From contig NW_026974140.1 in NCBI RefSeq assembly GCF_037042905.1, positions 1,304,001-1,368,000 on the forward strand: a DNA stretch of 64,000 bases. The letters run 5' to 3'. Numbering within the stretch: position 1 is the first letter of the stretch; each line of letters starts with the position of its first letter. Under the pieces are notes generated by a model that was not told the DNA's origin, ran no database searches, and worked only from the letters and a program-made list of their open reading frames with translations. Both the position numbers and the translations under genes were made by a program. The DNA comes from Lytechinus pictus. Lineage: Eukaryota. Shown here in pieces: positions 12,497-26,975 of the stretch.

Positions 12497-12612
12497 CCCA
12501 TTGCTAAAGCATAAATATCAGGTCTTTTTTCCTTCTCCTCTGTTCTGATCTTGTCAACTCTCTTCTCAAGTACCTGACCAAGGTTCTGCACCAATGGGAA
12601 GTATGGCAAGAT
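12497..12612 (-). CDS. THOC2: THOC2 exon ([19 protein letters not shown]...[11 protein letters not shown])
   Basis: 116 nt; ttcag / gtaggt. Confidence 0.96.
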
Positions 12613-13324
12613 CTGAAATAGGAAGATGTATCAAAGCGGGAATGCATTTTGTAAAACCATTACATACCAATATGAGAGCTAAAATTTATTCTACACATTT
12701 AAAGAAAGTATGACTGTAGTTCAAATAATTGGGCAATCTGTCCATTTGACAGATATCTTTATTAATCATTATCATTATGAACATGATCCTCATGACAGTT
12801 ATATTATACAATCATGTAAGTCATATGATAGTCAATCTAATTCATCCTCATGTTGAATTACTATTTTATAGTAAATACAGACAAAAATATTCTTTGCTCC
12901 TAAAAATGTGTACAGTATAATAATGTTTTATAAGTGTGTTTTCTCCTTGCCCTCAACCACTTTTATCCTGACCAATTATCATATTTTATTATAGACAAAC
13001 AACTGGGGATGTGTGTGTGTGGGGGGGGGGGTTATAAAAAAAAAGGGCCTTTCTTAGGCGATATTCCTGCTAAAACACATGGAACAGACTTTTGAAGAGT
13101 TGCCTTATTACTGGGGTACAAATCAAATTGCACAAGACCTGTTAGAAAATGGTTGTGTTAAGATGAAACTAATAAAATATTTTTCGAAAGTAAAAAATAC
13201 ATGTTCCTGATTGTTTGAATTGAAGTTGCATTTAACTTTAGAAGCTATTAGAAGTTACATTACATGTAAATGGTACCTCTGCCAATCCCCCCCCCCCCCC
13301 CCACTGAGAAAAATATTACTATAC

Positions 13325-13393
13325 CTTTGTTAGAAGTATAAGAGTATTCCTGATTTGAGTATACTCCTTGGATTCCAGACAAGCAACCACTGC
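13325..13393 (-). CDS. THOC2: THOC2 exon (AVVACLESKEYTQIRNTLILLTK)
   Basis: 69 nt; ttcag / gtatag. Confidence 0.95.
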
Positions 13394-13475
13394 CTGAAAA
13401 GGAAGATCACACACACCACCAACATTTACATATAACAAGCCAATATTACTTGTATGCCATACATGATACTATTAA

Positions 13476-13611
13476 TACCTCGGTCACCTTTGCTCGACAG
13501 TCGTTTTAGCATTTTTTGTACCAGCTACAAATAGCTGGTTTGAAATAAAAATGAATAAAATGGCCGTTTTCGACTCGCTGTACACCTGCCGTAGAGCAAA
13601 TGCGACCGAGG
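13476..13611. mobile_element. Short hairpin MITE (~140 bp)
   Basis: cctcggtcacctttgctc...gagcaaatgcgaccgagg; sister copy at 26976-27125. Confidence 0.75.
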
Positions 13612-14379
13612 GAAAGAACGTTTTACACTAATTTATCATATATTAGCAACCTTTAATCATAGTGGTTTTTCATGTTTAAATTTGTTGAACAAAAATCTGT
13701 GGGCTTTGTGTGGTATAGTAAGAAAAAGTAGCGGTTTTGAGGGTGTTTGAAGATGGAGATGATGGAAGCAGCCACGAGCAATAGACGAATAACTGGCATG
13801 AATAACAGACATTGCATAACAATGGAACCTCTTCTAGGCAAGATCCTGGTGGATCAAGCAATAACAGGACATGAACATTGTGTATTACTCAACCACAAAC
13901 ACTTCTCTCACTCTTTAGCTGATCCCTTCACTTCTTTGGACATTTCTTGAGTCCAATGGAATATATGTATTTACCGGACCAATATTAAGAATTTATGAAG
14001 AGACACAGAACAGGAGACATGAAGTTTGTGAAGAAAGAAGATGGATAGTAGGAGAAGAATATTGCGAACTTCAGATGACACAGGAAATGATGGTAAAAAG
14101 TAAATCCATGCTGTAATCTACTACCAATCTCCAACTTTTATACACTGCCATTCCTACAACTAAAGGACACTGGGATCACAACAAAAGTATGGACGAATTA
14201 TTTTACATCAAATCACTACTTCTGCCATACTTTACCAAACAAAGTCCACAGATGTTTGCATACCAAATGAACACATGTTAAACAGTTACACCAGTATGGA
14301 TGAGGTTGGTAGTGATATGCAAAACTTATTTCCAAGATTTTGGTGTTACTTTATGGTATTGTTTGCATACCTCTTACAG

Positions 14380-15562
14380 CAGAGCTGCCAACATTGGGAA
14401 GATAGAATCCAGTAGATTTCGCGGAGGTACATGTACTATGGTTTTATGAGGGAGCGGCGCGGCGGAACGCTGTCCCATGGATGGGAGTTGGATAGCAAAA
14501 CACATTAAGAAACAACATTTGATATTTTCAATAATTCATAAAAGAATGCATTGAACATGAAAATACCTTTAATTGTCCAGAGGGGAAGGGGCTTCAGTAA
14601 CTTTAGTGGTAAACATGGTACATGAGCTTGCCTGGCCCTGTAAAGACTTTATAGACTCTAGTCTATGTGGCCTGTAATTAAAGTCTCTGTCTGAGTGATT
14701 CCTGTGAAAATTGTCACACAGTCCCATTCCGCTTGAAAATTCTTTAAACTTCGAAAAACATTTTGTCGTCTTGGTCTTGCATGACTCCATCTCCATGATC
14801 TCCATGGTCACTGACAATGCAATTGTAGTGTGGATGAATCGGGACGGGGCGTGCTTCGCACTGCACAGCTCAGCCAACCAGCGCCATGCGCCAAGCTTAA
14901 GCTAGCTCACTCACGAAAGAGAAAATGTTTGAATCCGATCAACCCAAGTGAAACTTTAGTAGGCAAAAAAATATCCACTTTGCTTCTGTTCTTCAGGATT
15001 GTCAATAAAATTATTCCTGAAAGTAATCCACTTGTTAATCCCATGATTGATCCACAGTTTCAGCTCGAATAAAGCGCACAAAAGCTTACGAAAAATGCCC
15101 CGCAATGCTCATGGACTTCCCTTCTCGTAGCCTCCTGGCGCGGCGTAGCCGACCGGAGACCAGGCAGGGCCGCGCCGGGGCGCATCGGGGGGCATGTGCA
15201 TGGAGTGCCGCTAAAGTGTTTCCATGCAACACATTGCAGAACCCGGAAATAAAATGGCTTGTTAGACTAATTCACCAGTCGTTTTGTAGAATTATCTTCA
15301 TTAACATTGGAAATCAATGTACGATTATACAAAAACTGGTAAAAGTTACTGGATAAAATGAAAATGTGATTCGGAGGTTCCACGTGGGTGTAAAGGGAGT
15401 TGAACATGCTAGACTTGTAAAACAGCCGTTTGTATGAATTTTTACAATTTAACAGCTAAAAATCACGATTATCCGGGAGATTTTAGCATGGGGTCGGGAG
15501 AACGGGAGATTCGATCGAAATCCAGTATTCTCCCGCAGGATCCGGGAGACTTGGAAGCTCTG
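14380..15562. mobile_element. Non-autonomous DNA transposon, CAG..CTG ends, 7-bp TSD
   Basis: cagagctgccaa...ttggaagctctg; CTTACAG at 14373-14379 and 15563-15569; cgggaga subterminal repeats. Confidence 0.8.
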
Positions 15563-16441
15563 CTTACAGTCTAATTTGTAATACTACATGTACCTTTTTA
15601 GGACCTTGAGCATTAACCCAAAACTATAATGGTGTAACAGAAATCAAATGCATTATGTGCAGCAATGGCAATATTATCAAACTGTATATATTGGACACAG
15701 AAAATAAGGAAAATCCCCTGCGAAAATTTGGCTACAGTATTTTATTGGAATGTCTGGTCAGGATTCTCTTACCGCCTTCCCTTTCTCTCGAGTGAACATC
15801 ATTCTCATAATGTTTTAGAAGATATTTCATAATGACAGCAATTATGATATACAATGTAATGCATTAACATTGTGCCATCTTTATGGTCCAATTATTCTGA
15901 GGCACATCTATTATACTCACTGACAAATCAATTAACTTTTACTTTACAATTAACTACAGTGTATACTGTGGTTTTCTCCCATTTTTATCAGCATTTCATG
16001 TAGTAAATAAACACTCTAATCTCATTTTTTCCAGAGTGTCTGAGGTTACATGATCTAGCATCACAATAATTTGTTTTTTTATTGAAAACCCCTCGAATGC
16101 CAGATATTTTAAAAGAATATATAGCCATTGGACGATTTCAAAGTGAAAAAAAAATATTTCATTAGACTTAGTATTATGTGTTTGCTGTATTAATTCACTC
16201 TTCTAAACATTGAGTGTTTTAAGAAACAATGTTCTGTAGCAACAACATTGAACATGTTATTTACTATTTATGTCACTATGGAGAAATCCCATAGGAACAA
16301 AAATATGGAAAATCAATGCATAACTAAAATACACTCAGTAGAGGATTGAAAGCATCAAAGGTAGATTGAATAATTAAAAAAATAAGGAGGTTTTCCATTA
16401 AAATTTGAAAAGTATACCGGGGAGTTTGTCATTGTTTTTAC

Positions 16442-16573
16442 CTTTGTCAGTTTGTACTGCCATTTATGACAGACATGTCTGAAGTTTTCATAGTCCAACT
16501 GATCAGCCTTGTTACTTGACTCTGTACCGCTTGCTCTAAGCACCGTTACAAAGCCAGGAAAGTTGCCACATTC
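16442..16573 (-). CDS. THOC2: THOC2 exon ([14 protein letters not shown]...[19 protein letters not shown])
   Basis: 132 nt; tttag / gtaaaa. Confidence 0.97.
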
Positions 16574-19123
16574 CTAAAAGAATACAAATAATTACCAAAC
16601 TTAACTAAAAGTGTTTTTGTGAACACGGTGTAAAAAATAAAGAGAATAGGTCAGAGACCTATCTTTCCGCAGAAAATTTAAAAATGTATTTCCAGCGAAG
16701 ATTCTCTTATTTCATGTGGAATAAAGGGGAAAGCAATACAAAAGATGCTGAGTAGGATTTCTACTTAAAGATGCAGCAGAGAAAATGTATAAAATATTCT
16801 TCTTAGAGAAATATTTACATAATTTGGGTCATATGAATAAATATTTTAAAGGGGGCCAGGGAACTATTTTACCCCTTGTCCAAACTTTGTGACTTTTGGA
16901 AAACAAGCCACATTTTCTTTGAAGTCATGTGCCAAAGCCTATATCATATTCATAAATGTAGGTGCGTCACTCTTTTTATACTTGTTTCTCCCATTAAGTA
17001 AAATTTATGTAAAAATTACAGTGTAAACACATCTTTATGGCACTTGTCACATTGAAAATGAATTTATTTTATTTTATTTATTTTCTTCAGCAAAGCTTGC
17101 TTATTTTATCTAAGTTTCACTCCTCAGCCAGGTTGCTAAGAGACAAGGAGTAGATCTTATGCAAGAGTGAGTAGGAGATGAAAGAAGTGTGTGTGAGATT
17201 CTTTTTGCTAGAATTGAATTGAGATAATTTGCATATCTATTGTGTGTTGTGTCCAGGGTGGTAGACTTGTATAGGTCCCTTTTAGTGAGCTCAGTGAGCC
17301 TTTTGTTTTTAACAGCTGCTTAAGATACTTTTGGGGAAATTGTAAAATTGGGAGGAGACCCCAGTAGCTTTCCACTAGTTTTTCTGGCATTGCATCTTGG
17401 AGACTTTGTGTAACACACACCTATGCAATTTTGGGGCAGTCGCCATTTTAGCTGCCATCTTGATAATTTTTTAATTTCAACTTTAAACAGAAAAGCAGCC
17501 TTTCTTGTTTGATATTGGCTGGAATTTTTAGATACCTGTATGAGGTCAGATTTAGCTGAATTTATGCTGTTATTTTTATGCCTGTATTGAAGAAGCCATC
17601 GGTAAGTTAATCTGTGATTTCTTCTTAATTCTTTTATAAAAACAAAACAAAAACAAAAAGATTGAAAGACTTCAGAGATGATTTGAAATGTAGATGTTAA
17701 TCTTTATAAACCTTATGAAATAGTTAAACACTTGTGAGGAAGAATATAAGTTTATGTGACAGTGAATTCATACTTTATAGAATAATATTCTTGAATGTGA
17801 TTTAACCCTCAGAGTAAATGTTCAAACTAATTTTATTAATTATAGTATGACATGAAAATAACCTCCAGTTGATGTTACTGTTAGGATATATCGTAGAGAG
17901 ATTCTTGGTTTTGTCTTTAATTTTAGATGGTTCTAAGATCGGGACATTTCCCAAGACCGGGTCGCTTTGAAGACTGGTGAATTGTTTTAAGCTGAACATT
18001 ATAAAGTGCTGATTCTGAAGGTTTTCGGTCAACATGTCGCCTGACAGATAAGTTGTAAATAGCAGTGATAGAGAAAGCAGGAGACTTTTCGTTAAATTTG
18101 GAACTAGCTTTCTAAATACCAGAAAGTCTTGCAAATTGACATTTCAGAAAATAGACATTGATTATGAAGATGACTGAATATGAACAGTTTGAAAGTGAGA
18201 AGAGTTTATTCGAATTTGAATCCGTGTAAGATATGATGTCGATTAACAGAGTTTTGAGCTAGAATTTAGGTGCATAATTTTTTTTTAAGCTCAAGTTCAG
18301 GAGTTACAAGGATTTTGAAATGTAATCACAAAAATGTTGTAATAAGAGATACCAAGTGGTGAGAATGGAATTCTATGAAGGTGGATTAATGCAGGATCCT
18401 TTCATAGGAATTTTTGGTAGTCGTTATTGTGAAAACAAAATGAAACAAAGTTAAAGGTTTAATTGATATTTTTGGAGGTAATTTTGCAGGTGAAAATGTA
18501 ATACACTGAACGTTGAAGTTGGTGATTAGATCAGTGCAGGATCTCTTCAGTTATATTGGAGTTAGAGACAGATCGAGAGTTGAATGTTATAGCTTGGAAC
18601 AATGCAGGATCCTTTGATTGTAAACTTGTGAATTAGAGTACTTTTCAGAATACTTTATCATTTAGAGGTGTTACAGTTTTATTTCCCTTTTAAACTTCAT
18701 ACGTTGGACAATATTGAACTTCGAAGAGAGATGTTTTGATATTGGAGTTTTGTATACTGAAATAAATTGTAAATTGTGATTTGGTACACATTGAGTTTTA
18801 CTTGAATTTTATTTGGAGTCCGCCCATGTGACATTTTCTGGGGGCTTGTCCGGGAGAGTATTTTCTTAGGTAATTTATAGGACCTCTCGCAGTCACATGG
18901 GTATATTGATTAGAAATTAAGAAACAAAACAACTCAAGACAATAACAATGGAGTTATTTCTTGTAAATTGTGATTTGGTACACATTGAGTTTCACTTGAA
19001 TTTTATTTGGAGTCCGCCCATGTGACATTTTCTTGGTGCCGAGACCAGGATTTCTTTAATCTCGATCGATCGAAAAAAAAGAAGAAAAAAACCTGTCAAA
19101 TTTACGAAATACTGAAATCTAAC

Positions 19124-19252
19124 CTTCTCATATATTTCCTTATCCCTATGCCATCTCATGACTGTTTCCATCATTGCACATAGGAACCTGCCATACCGAC
19201 TGGCTTCATGCTCTGTACAGCTAGCTACAGTGTAGGTGATATCCTGAAATAC
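19124..19252 (-). CDS. THOC2: THOC2 exon ([25 protein letters not shown]...YEK)
   Basis: 129 nt; gacag / gttaga. Confidence 0.96.
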
Positions 19253-19610
19253 CTGTCAAAATACAAGATAAGATGTAGATAAGGAGCTATAAAACACATA
19301 CTCCAAATGAAGAACTAAACTTATTATTTTTGTAGGGCTCTTACAAACAACATCACCTTACATAATAACATGGAAAAACAGTAAGACAAAAGCAACATTT
19401 TATATTGACATTTATATATGTCTGATGTTTCTTTAAAATTGGCAAAGAAGGAAAGTAGCCTATCAGATAATTTGCAAATATGCCACCTTAAAATGGTGCC
19501 AATTTGTACCTGGCATATGAAAGAAATCTCATTGAATCGGATATTTGACAAATAAGACGTTCTAAAATTACTCTGCATTATTGTCTTGAAAAAAAAGGCG
19601 GATTTCTTAC

Positions 19611-19768
19611 CCGATCATAGCACAAAAGAGTAGAGAAATTTGGTGTCTTTAGCTTGTGAACAGTCAGAACAAACTTTGCACAATAGAGGGCATCACTGGC
19701 TGAGAAGCAGCAACGTGGGAAGACACACAGCTGTAGAAACTGAGTGATAGTCTCATTCTTTGTTGAAC
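19611..19768 (-). CDS. THOC2: THOC2 exon ([19 protein letters not shown]...[12 protein letters not shown])
   Basis: 158 nt; tccag / gtaaga. Confidence 0.97.
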
Positions 19769-20607
19769 CTGGAATGTCATGATAATTATTGGTTGAAATG
19801 CACAGGTTCAAAATGAATGCATGATGGAGTATAAATAACTTGATTATGAACTGAAAATCAAACGAGCATTGGGACCTATACTATTCAGTACAATATTCTT
19901 TAAATTGTTTCCCCCACATAAGCACTTTGAATACATGTATCTCAGCTCAGATAAATATGGGACCTGACAAATAATTATTTTCTTGAATTGATGTAATGTT
20001 TCGTATATCAGAGATAGTCATTGGTGGATGGTTAGGGATAGCACCATTAATATATCTTTTAGAAATTAGCATTTCACATATGCAAACATCGGGCAAAAAA
20101 AATCATTATTTGACACAGACCTCACAACACTCGGCCAATGGAAAAAACAAAACATGATAAGTATAAAATGATGTCTTTTATCCCTTATTACACATCAGCA
20201 ACATCTTTACAAACATCATCGGAAAAAAAAATCAACATCAACCATTCCTTCACACTGACTTACTTGGTTTATTCACAGATCAAAAACTTGAATTGAATCT
20301 ATCTTCATACTCTTAAAGATGATCTTCTTTTTTTGACAGACAAGATAGGGCAAAACAATTCACTCAGGAACATCAAAAGTACTATCCAAGTAATATTTAA
20401 TGCTCGTTCAATGTGAAAATTCTTAGCCAGATCCTTGAGCTTCCTGATGGGTGCTTCAGTTAAGTGAGAGGTCAGTCGCACTTAAAATTCCAGTAGCGTG
20501 TGTAATGCATCACTGCATTGGTTAGATCATGTGTACTACCGCATATCCATCATTCACATTACATGTTAAAGGTCATGAGCATGCTGACATTTCAGCATGA
20601 CTCTAAT

Positions 20608-21163
20608 GGGGCGTTAGAAAGTTGAGTTGCAATTGATTTCAAATCGACTGCAAATTTGCAGCCGATCCCGATCGACTGCAACTAGCAATCAATCGCCAAT
20701 TTGTGATGCAAGAAAAAGGCTTGCGACTGAACATAATTTGGAGCTGATTTGCAAACGATCTGCATTATTTTGCAGCTACAAATACATGTAGGATCTGCAG
20801 CATAAGACTAGCTGATGAAGCAAAGTAATGGCTTGCGATTATCCTGATTCTGGAAGAGAGTAAGGAAAAAATATTTATTTTTCAGAGCATTTTTTTTATT
20901 TTGAAAAAGATGAAAATATATCTCAATCGCCGGTTGAAATTGTGCGCGTCCTCCAAAATCTTACATAAGTTATGCTCGATTTGCAATCAATTGCAAAGCT
21001 TGTGCTAGATCTATGCTCAATTGATCAAGCGCAACTTTTTCTTGCACCAGGATTGAACGTAACTTGCGTTCAATTGCAGATTTGCATTTAATCAGAGGAC
21101 TTATGCTCAATTTTGGGAGTTGCGCTCGATTTGCGTTCAATCGCAAGTTTCTTGCAACGCCCC
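20608..21163. mobile_element. MITE with GGGGCGTT/AACGCCCC ends
   Basis: ggggcgttagaaa...tttcttgcaacgcccc; internal ttgcaa/caatt repeats. Confidence 0.65.
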
Positions 21164-21405
21164 ATAAGTCACACATAACTATTACTGAAACACCCTCCAG
21201 GTCCCTGTTGCGTTGAAGATAATACAATTATGTTAACCTCGCCATACGATAGTAATTTGAACAGAATCCTTGATTTTGATTGGTTAGTGATCAGCACTAC
21301 CATGGTATTTACCATAATAGTATCTATTATGCAAAGAGGCCCTGGTGTACTATTTTGTATACCACATTATGCAGAGATGAGAACAGTATAAGGTAGGTTG
21401 CTTAC

Positions 21406-21547
21406 GTGCTGTGAACCATGTCTCACACTCCTTCTTAAGACGGGCCTCTATCCTCTGACAATGTTCCTGTTGCTTTCTTTCTTCATCCTTTAGTCTCTCA
21501 ATAATGATAGCATATCTCTCCTTCTCTTTCTTCCTCTTAGCTGAGGC
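21406..21547 (-). CDS. THOC2: THOC2 exon (ASAKRKKEKERY...KECETWFTA)
   Basis: 142 nt; tatag / gtaagc. Confidence 0.95.
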
Positions 21548-22217
21548 CTATATGAAGCACAAATGTAAAAATATGACAAGGTAAAGGTGAAGTAATACAG
21601 ATGTATAGAAATTACTCACAAACATGCGAAAGATTAGAAAAACCATCTTAATCTTTAACCCTATCCAGGCCGAGGGGACCTCGGATGCCCCCCCCCCCTC
21701 AACACTTCGTGCAATATTTTCGCCGCACGAAATTTTTTGACCGCGCCACTCGCTGACTTTTTACTTTCAGGTCTTGCGCAACTTTTGAGATCAGTTTTGC
21801 ATCACCCGGGTACGCGGTTCTGAAATTACGCAACATTATATAAGTGCATGTCAGACCAAAAATTGCTCAAAAACATGATTTCACGTACAAAGTCAATGCA
21901 AATTGTGTTTTTTGCCAAATATCATAAATGTATGATTATTTTTAGTTTTACTGGTCTAAATGTATTTATTTTATGTCGTTTATGATCTCGGAAGAGTCGC
22001 AAACAAATTTATATATACATTCATTTAATTATTTTTTATTGGGGGGGGGGTCATGACAAAAAGACTACCTGGTATCATCCCCAAACAAGGCAATAACATG
22101 CTTACAGGCAGATGACCTGGTACACATCAACACACAATTCAAATGTTAACATGTATTTCACTAAACCTAATCAAGTTTGAAATCGATTTCAGTCACACAG
22201 AAGTTATGGATTCTCAC

Positions 22218-22344
22218 CAATTCTTTGTTGTCGTCAACATTTGCCATGGTAACCTTGATCTTATTGATTTCTTTGTCATAGCTTGGGCTCGGAACATGAA
22301 GGTCATACATGGACAGAGTCCAGAAGCTTGCATAGAACTGTGGG
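22218..22344 (-). CDS. THOC2: THOC2 exon ([18 protein letters not shown]...DDNKEL)
   Basis: 127 nt; tacag / gtgaga. Confidence 0.96.
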
Positions 22345-22928
22345 CTGTAAAGAAATGTGGACAAGAGGATTTTAATTTAAAAAAATTAATGGGTGTATAA
22401 TCAAATTACATTCTCTCATTGCCCCTCAATCAACATCTCTACACATGTATAATTTCAATATACATGTACATTTAACATATCACACTAGTTAATAAGATAT
22501 GTCCAACCAATCTTGACTTGCACAGAGGCCCTACTTGAATGTGATTACTGTGAGCAATTATATCAATTGAAATATTAATTTCAGTTGTGGAAATGAAGAT
22601 AAAAACTCCATTTGACAAGAATCTCCGACCTCTTTCCTATGATTTGCACAGATAAACAAAAATATGTGGGAACTGATTTTGGCAGAAAACAAGTTACTGA
22701 TCACTAATATACCAAATAAGCATGGCATCCTGTCAAGAGACAGGTTCCTTTCCAAGCAATTATAATACATTTAAATGTTCATGTGGTAATTTATAGCTTC
22801 AATAGTTCAATTTGATTATGTCACAAGGCTAGGCTGCTGGCTATGGAAAGGACTACATGAATTAGAATGGGTCTTATGTCCACAGTACAACTGCTTGTGG
22901 ATAAATATCAAATGATTTCAAGACTTGC

Positions 22929-23080
22929 CTGATATCATCCCAGACTTTAAGAGGATGAAAGGAATTTATTCCCTCAGTCAATGGAGACATAACAGCTTGG
23001 GATGCCTGGACGTAACGTTGGGTGCGGTTACTTGGTGTTTTACTGCTCTTTTCCAGTCGCCGTAATTCATCTACCTTTGA
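22929..23080 (-). CDS. THOC2: THOC2 exon (SKVDELRRLEK...HPLKVWDDIS)
   Basis: 152 nt; aatag acceptor; AG|GCAAGT GC donor needed to join KVWDDIS to PQFY. Confidence 0.9.
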
Positions 23081-25643
23081 CTATTTATGAAGATAAAGCA
23101 AAATCAAGAAATTGTAAGAGTCTCATCATTTGCAGAATCTGTCAAATTTGTTTATGCATACCAATCTTTGAGCTTTATAAGCTGAATGAAATAATCTCTA
23201 CACACAGAAGTACAGCTACACATTGGTTGTATACATGGCTTCTTATCCCGGGGGGGCCACTTACATTGACGAGTGCAACGTTCTCGCTACCACGCGTCAC
23301 GGTTGGCGGGCGCCGCCAAGCCTGAAAATTTTCAGGACAAATCCGCCAACCCTGAACTTCCCCGACAACCGTGGCCGACAACTGTAAAGCAGGCCTAGAT
23401 CTACACAAAAACTGAATAATATATAAAAAAATAATCTGCTTTTCAGATCTTAAAATAAACTTGTCGATTATTTCGTCCACGATTTCTTCCCGGGATTTCT
23501 TTGACTCACTCACTACTACTAGTGCGCTATATATACGATACGACCTCGACTCGTACTCGAGGCCTAATCTCTTTTGTGGGAAGCGCGAAGATGTTTACCT
23601 CGCATTTGCGTATCGCATTGCTCACATTATTTACGTCTTTAAAATGGTAGTAAATACGCTCAGAAACAAGTGAGGGGAGAGGGTATCGTGGGTTAGTGGC
23701 TTGGGCAATGTAATTTAGATTATTACGAATTTCAGTTGATATTGTCACTTATTATGACAAAAATAAAGTGTGTCAAAATTACTATCAAAATTCGATCGAA
23801 ATATAGTTTCATCTCGTCCCAGGCCCCCGGCTACATCTACATGAATTCATTGAATGCATTTCTGATGACACTGCCGTAGAGCGAATTGAGAAAAACTATT
23901 CAAAGATCACGTTAATAATGACAAAGCCAATGGAATGGATTGATATAATGTCCAACTCATTTACTTACATCAAAATGATTTATTCACATTTAAATTCCGA
24001 TTTTACTCCATTATTTCCAAAGTCTTGATCTCTACGTCGATCTTTTGAAACTGTTGATTAATTTCGCGACGGCGTGTCTACCAAGTTCTGTGCCACTGCA
24101 CTCGCGCTCGCAACGGTCACATTCATAATACAAATCGCACATGGCATCAAAATCCTTGATCCGGGGATCCGATAGTCTTCCAAAATTAGATGGGATCCAA
24201 AACTAATTTAATTTGATTTTTTTCATATATTCATTGAATCTGTTATAATTTTCATAATTAATAATCTTTATTAATATTATTCACATTTTTTATCATTACG
24301 ACTCATTTTTTTAATGTGAGTTATACTTATACGTACAGTGTATTTTCATTTGTATTGTTCTTTATTACTCTTTGCCTGCCAATTTAATAATGAGCGCACC
24401 TGTCGCGGGCCTGAGAAATGTTTTTAGTCATCACAGTGAATGCTTTATGAATTTGTTGTACAATTGCTTAACTACGATTTAAAACAAAATATCATTTGAA
24501 ATTAATTTGTGTAAAGGAAAAAAAGAGAATGGGGGGGGGGAGGCCGTGGGCAATGTAGATGAAAATGATGGGATGTTTGTGACTTTGTGGGGAGGGGATT
24601 AAGTTCGTAGCGAATGAAATTAATATTCATTTATGGATGTGTCTACTGTGATTGTGGCTGCATAATCTTTATGGCGATTGGAAAATCAACCTTGGGTCGG
24701 GAGAGGTACGTGATTCAATAGATTTCTATAGAAGTACACATTCAACAAAGTGGAATTGGCAATTCATTCACAGATATTCGTTTCAAGTACGAATTATTGA
24801 AGTTGATATGTGTGAACGTTTTAGAGGATATCGGATATGTATATCGTTTTTTCACGCCCACAGTGAGTTGCTAGTATAATTTGAATATCGTTGGATGAAT
24901 TTTTCAAGTTCACTTATGTCTTTATGTTTTATATCGGAATTGTGCTTATAATATATGAGTTATATCTTGGCAACGTCGTTAGCCTAATTATACTGCGAGT
25001 GGATGATATTTATGAAATGAGTTGGAATGTGAACGAGACGCCCCAAAACAGATGGCACGTGATCTAATTAGTATTCACTTTCTGGGTTGAGCCAATCATT
25101 GTGCTTGAAAACGGGTTTCCCCGAATTCCCGCCCTTGGAATGTGTCCCACGTGTGTGACCTGTTAACCTGTTGTTTGAGTGCGAATCAGCTGATTTCGTG
25201 ACCTCAAAAACTCTTCATGGTGTTTACGCTGGATGGGGGCTATAAAATTAAGAAGGTCTTTCTCTTTTATTCATTTTTAATAAACTGTTCGTGATTTTCA
25301 AACTACACCTATAGTGATATTGTGATGCAATTTATTGAATCACGTACCTCGATCATCCCACTCATGGTGCAAGAAAATATTTTTTAAATTCACCAAAATA
25401 TACATGTAAGAAAGATTATTCGGCCGTCATCATCGGTAGAAGTATAGACAAGTCTATAAAATGTATTCGCTTCGAATATTGACTTCTTCACCAATCCCAC
25501 ACACACGATCTCAACATCCCCTTGTCATTGTCCACGCCACGACCCCTCCCCTATCGCTCTCTCCCTTCGACCATCCTACAACCCCACCCCTCTTCCTCTC
25601 TTTCACACACGCTGTATTTGTAGGCCTACATAATGTATTATGT

Positions 25644-26584
25644 AACAAGTGGAATGCCTCTGGCCGTCTCACCTGCATCACGCGATTCAATATAGCAGCA
25701 GTGCTGATTTTGAAAACTTGGTTACTCTTATTTCCACGTTTTATGAACTAGACCAATACACTTATAGAGATATGATGGCAATTCAACAAATACCCCCAAC
25801 GTGGCCAAAGTTCTTTGACCTTACATGACCTTTGACCTTGATCATGTGACCTGAAACTCGCACAGGATGTTCAGTGATACTTGATTACTATTATGTCCAA
25901 GTTTTATGAACTAGACCAACACACTTTCAAATTTATGGCTGTAATTCAACAAATACCCCAATTTGGCCAAAGTTCATTGACCCTAAATGACTTTTGACCT
26001 TGATCATGTGACCTGAAACTTGCACAGGATGTTCAGTAATACTTGATTACTATTATGTCCAAGTTTCATGAATCAGATCCATAAACTTTCAAAGTTATGA
26101 TGGTAATTCAACAGATACCCCCAATTCGGCCAAAGTTCATTGACCCTAAATGACCTTTGACCTTGGTCATGTGACGTGAAACTCATGCAGGATGTTCAGT
26201 GATACTTGATTAACCTTATGTATAAGTTTCATGAACTAGGTCTATATATTTTCTAAGTTATGATGACATTTCAAAAACTTAACCTTAGGTTAAGATTTTG
26301 ATGTTGATTCCCCCAACATGGTCTAAGTTCATTGACCCTAAATGACCTTTGACCTTGGTCATGTGACATGAAACTCAGGCAGGATGTTCAGTAATACTTG
26401 ATTAACCTTATGGCCAAGTTTCATGAACTAGGTCCATATACTTTCTAAGTTATGCTGTCATTTCAAAAACTTAACCTCAGGTTAAGATTTGGTGTTGACG
26501 CCGCCGCCGCCGTCGCCGCCGTCGCCGCCGCCGTCGGAAAAGCGGCGCCTATAGTCTCACTCTGCTATGCAGGTGAGACAAAAA
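25644..26584 (-). mobile_element. HINE-like element copy nested in the hAT-like element
   Basis: Near-identical to 10688-11808, with one fewer unit and a ~32-bp deletion. Confidence 0.85.
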
Positions 26585-26975
26585 TAGAAATCTTATTTCC
26601 TGTCAATTAACCTATACTTTCAAAACCTTTTTTAATCGCAGTTAAGAAAAACAAATTCGTAATATTAGAGTATAATGAATGACTAAAAATATTTCTCACG
26701 CTCGTGATGAGCACAGCCCATTCATTATTTTATAGGTGAGTAACGAACAATACAAAGGAACACAGCAATAATTGACAGTGATAAAAGAATCTCGATTGGA
26801 AATTATTAGTATAAACATCATCAACAGAAGTCTTATGAGAGTTATAGTTTCAGTGAGTATCGAATAAACCAAACAAAAAACCATGCAAATTATATAAGTT
26901 GGGGACCCCGTCTCATGAATACCGATGCCCATTATTTGGAAGCCTCGGAAGAAAACTTCAGAGGCTTCCAAATAA

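Noticed and set aside
13650..14120. Coding-like composition with short overlapping ORFs
   Set aside because: Stops in the frames I read and no recognisable motif; possibly a decayed element.
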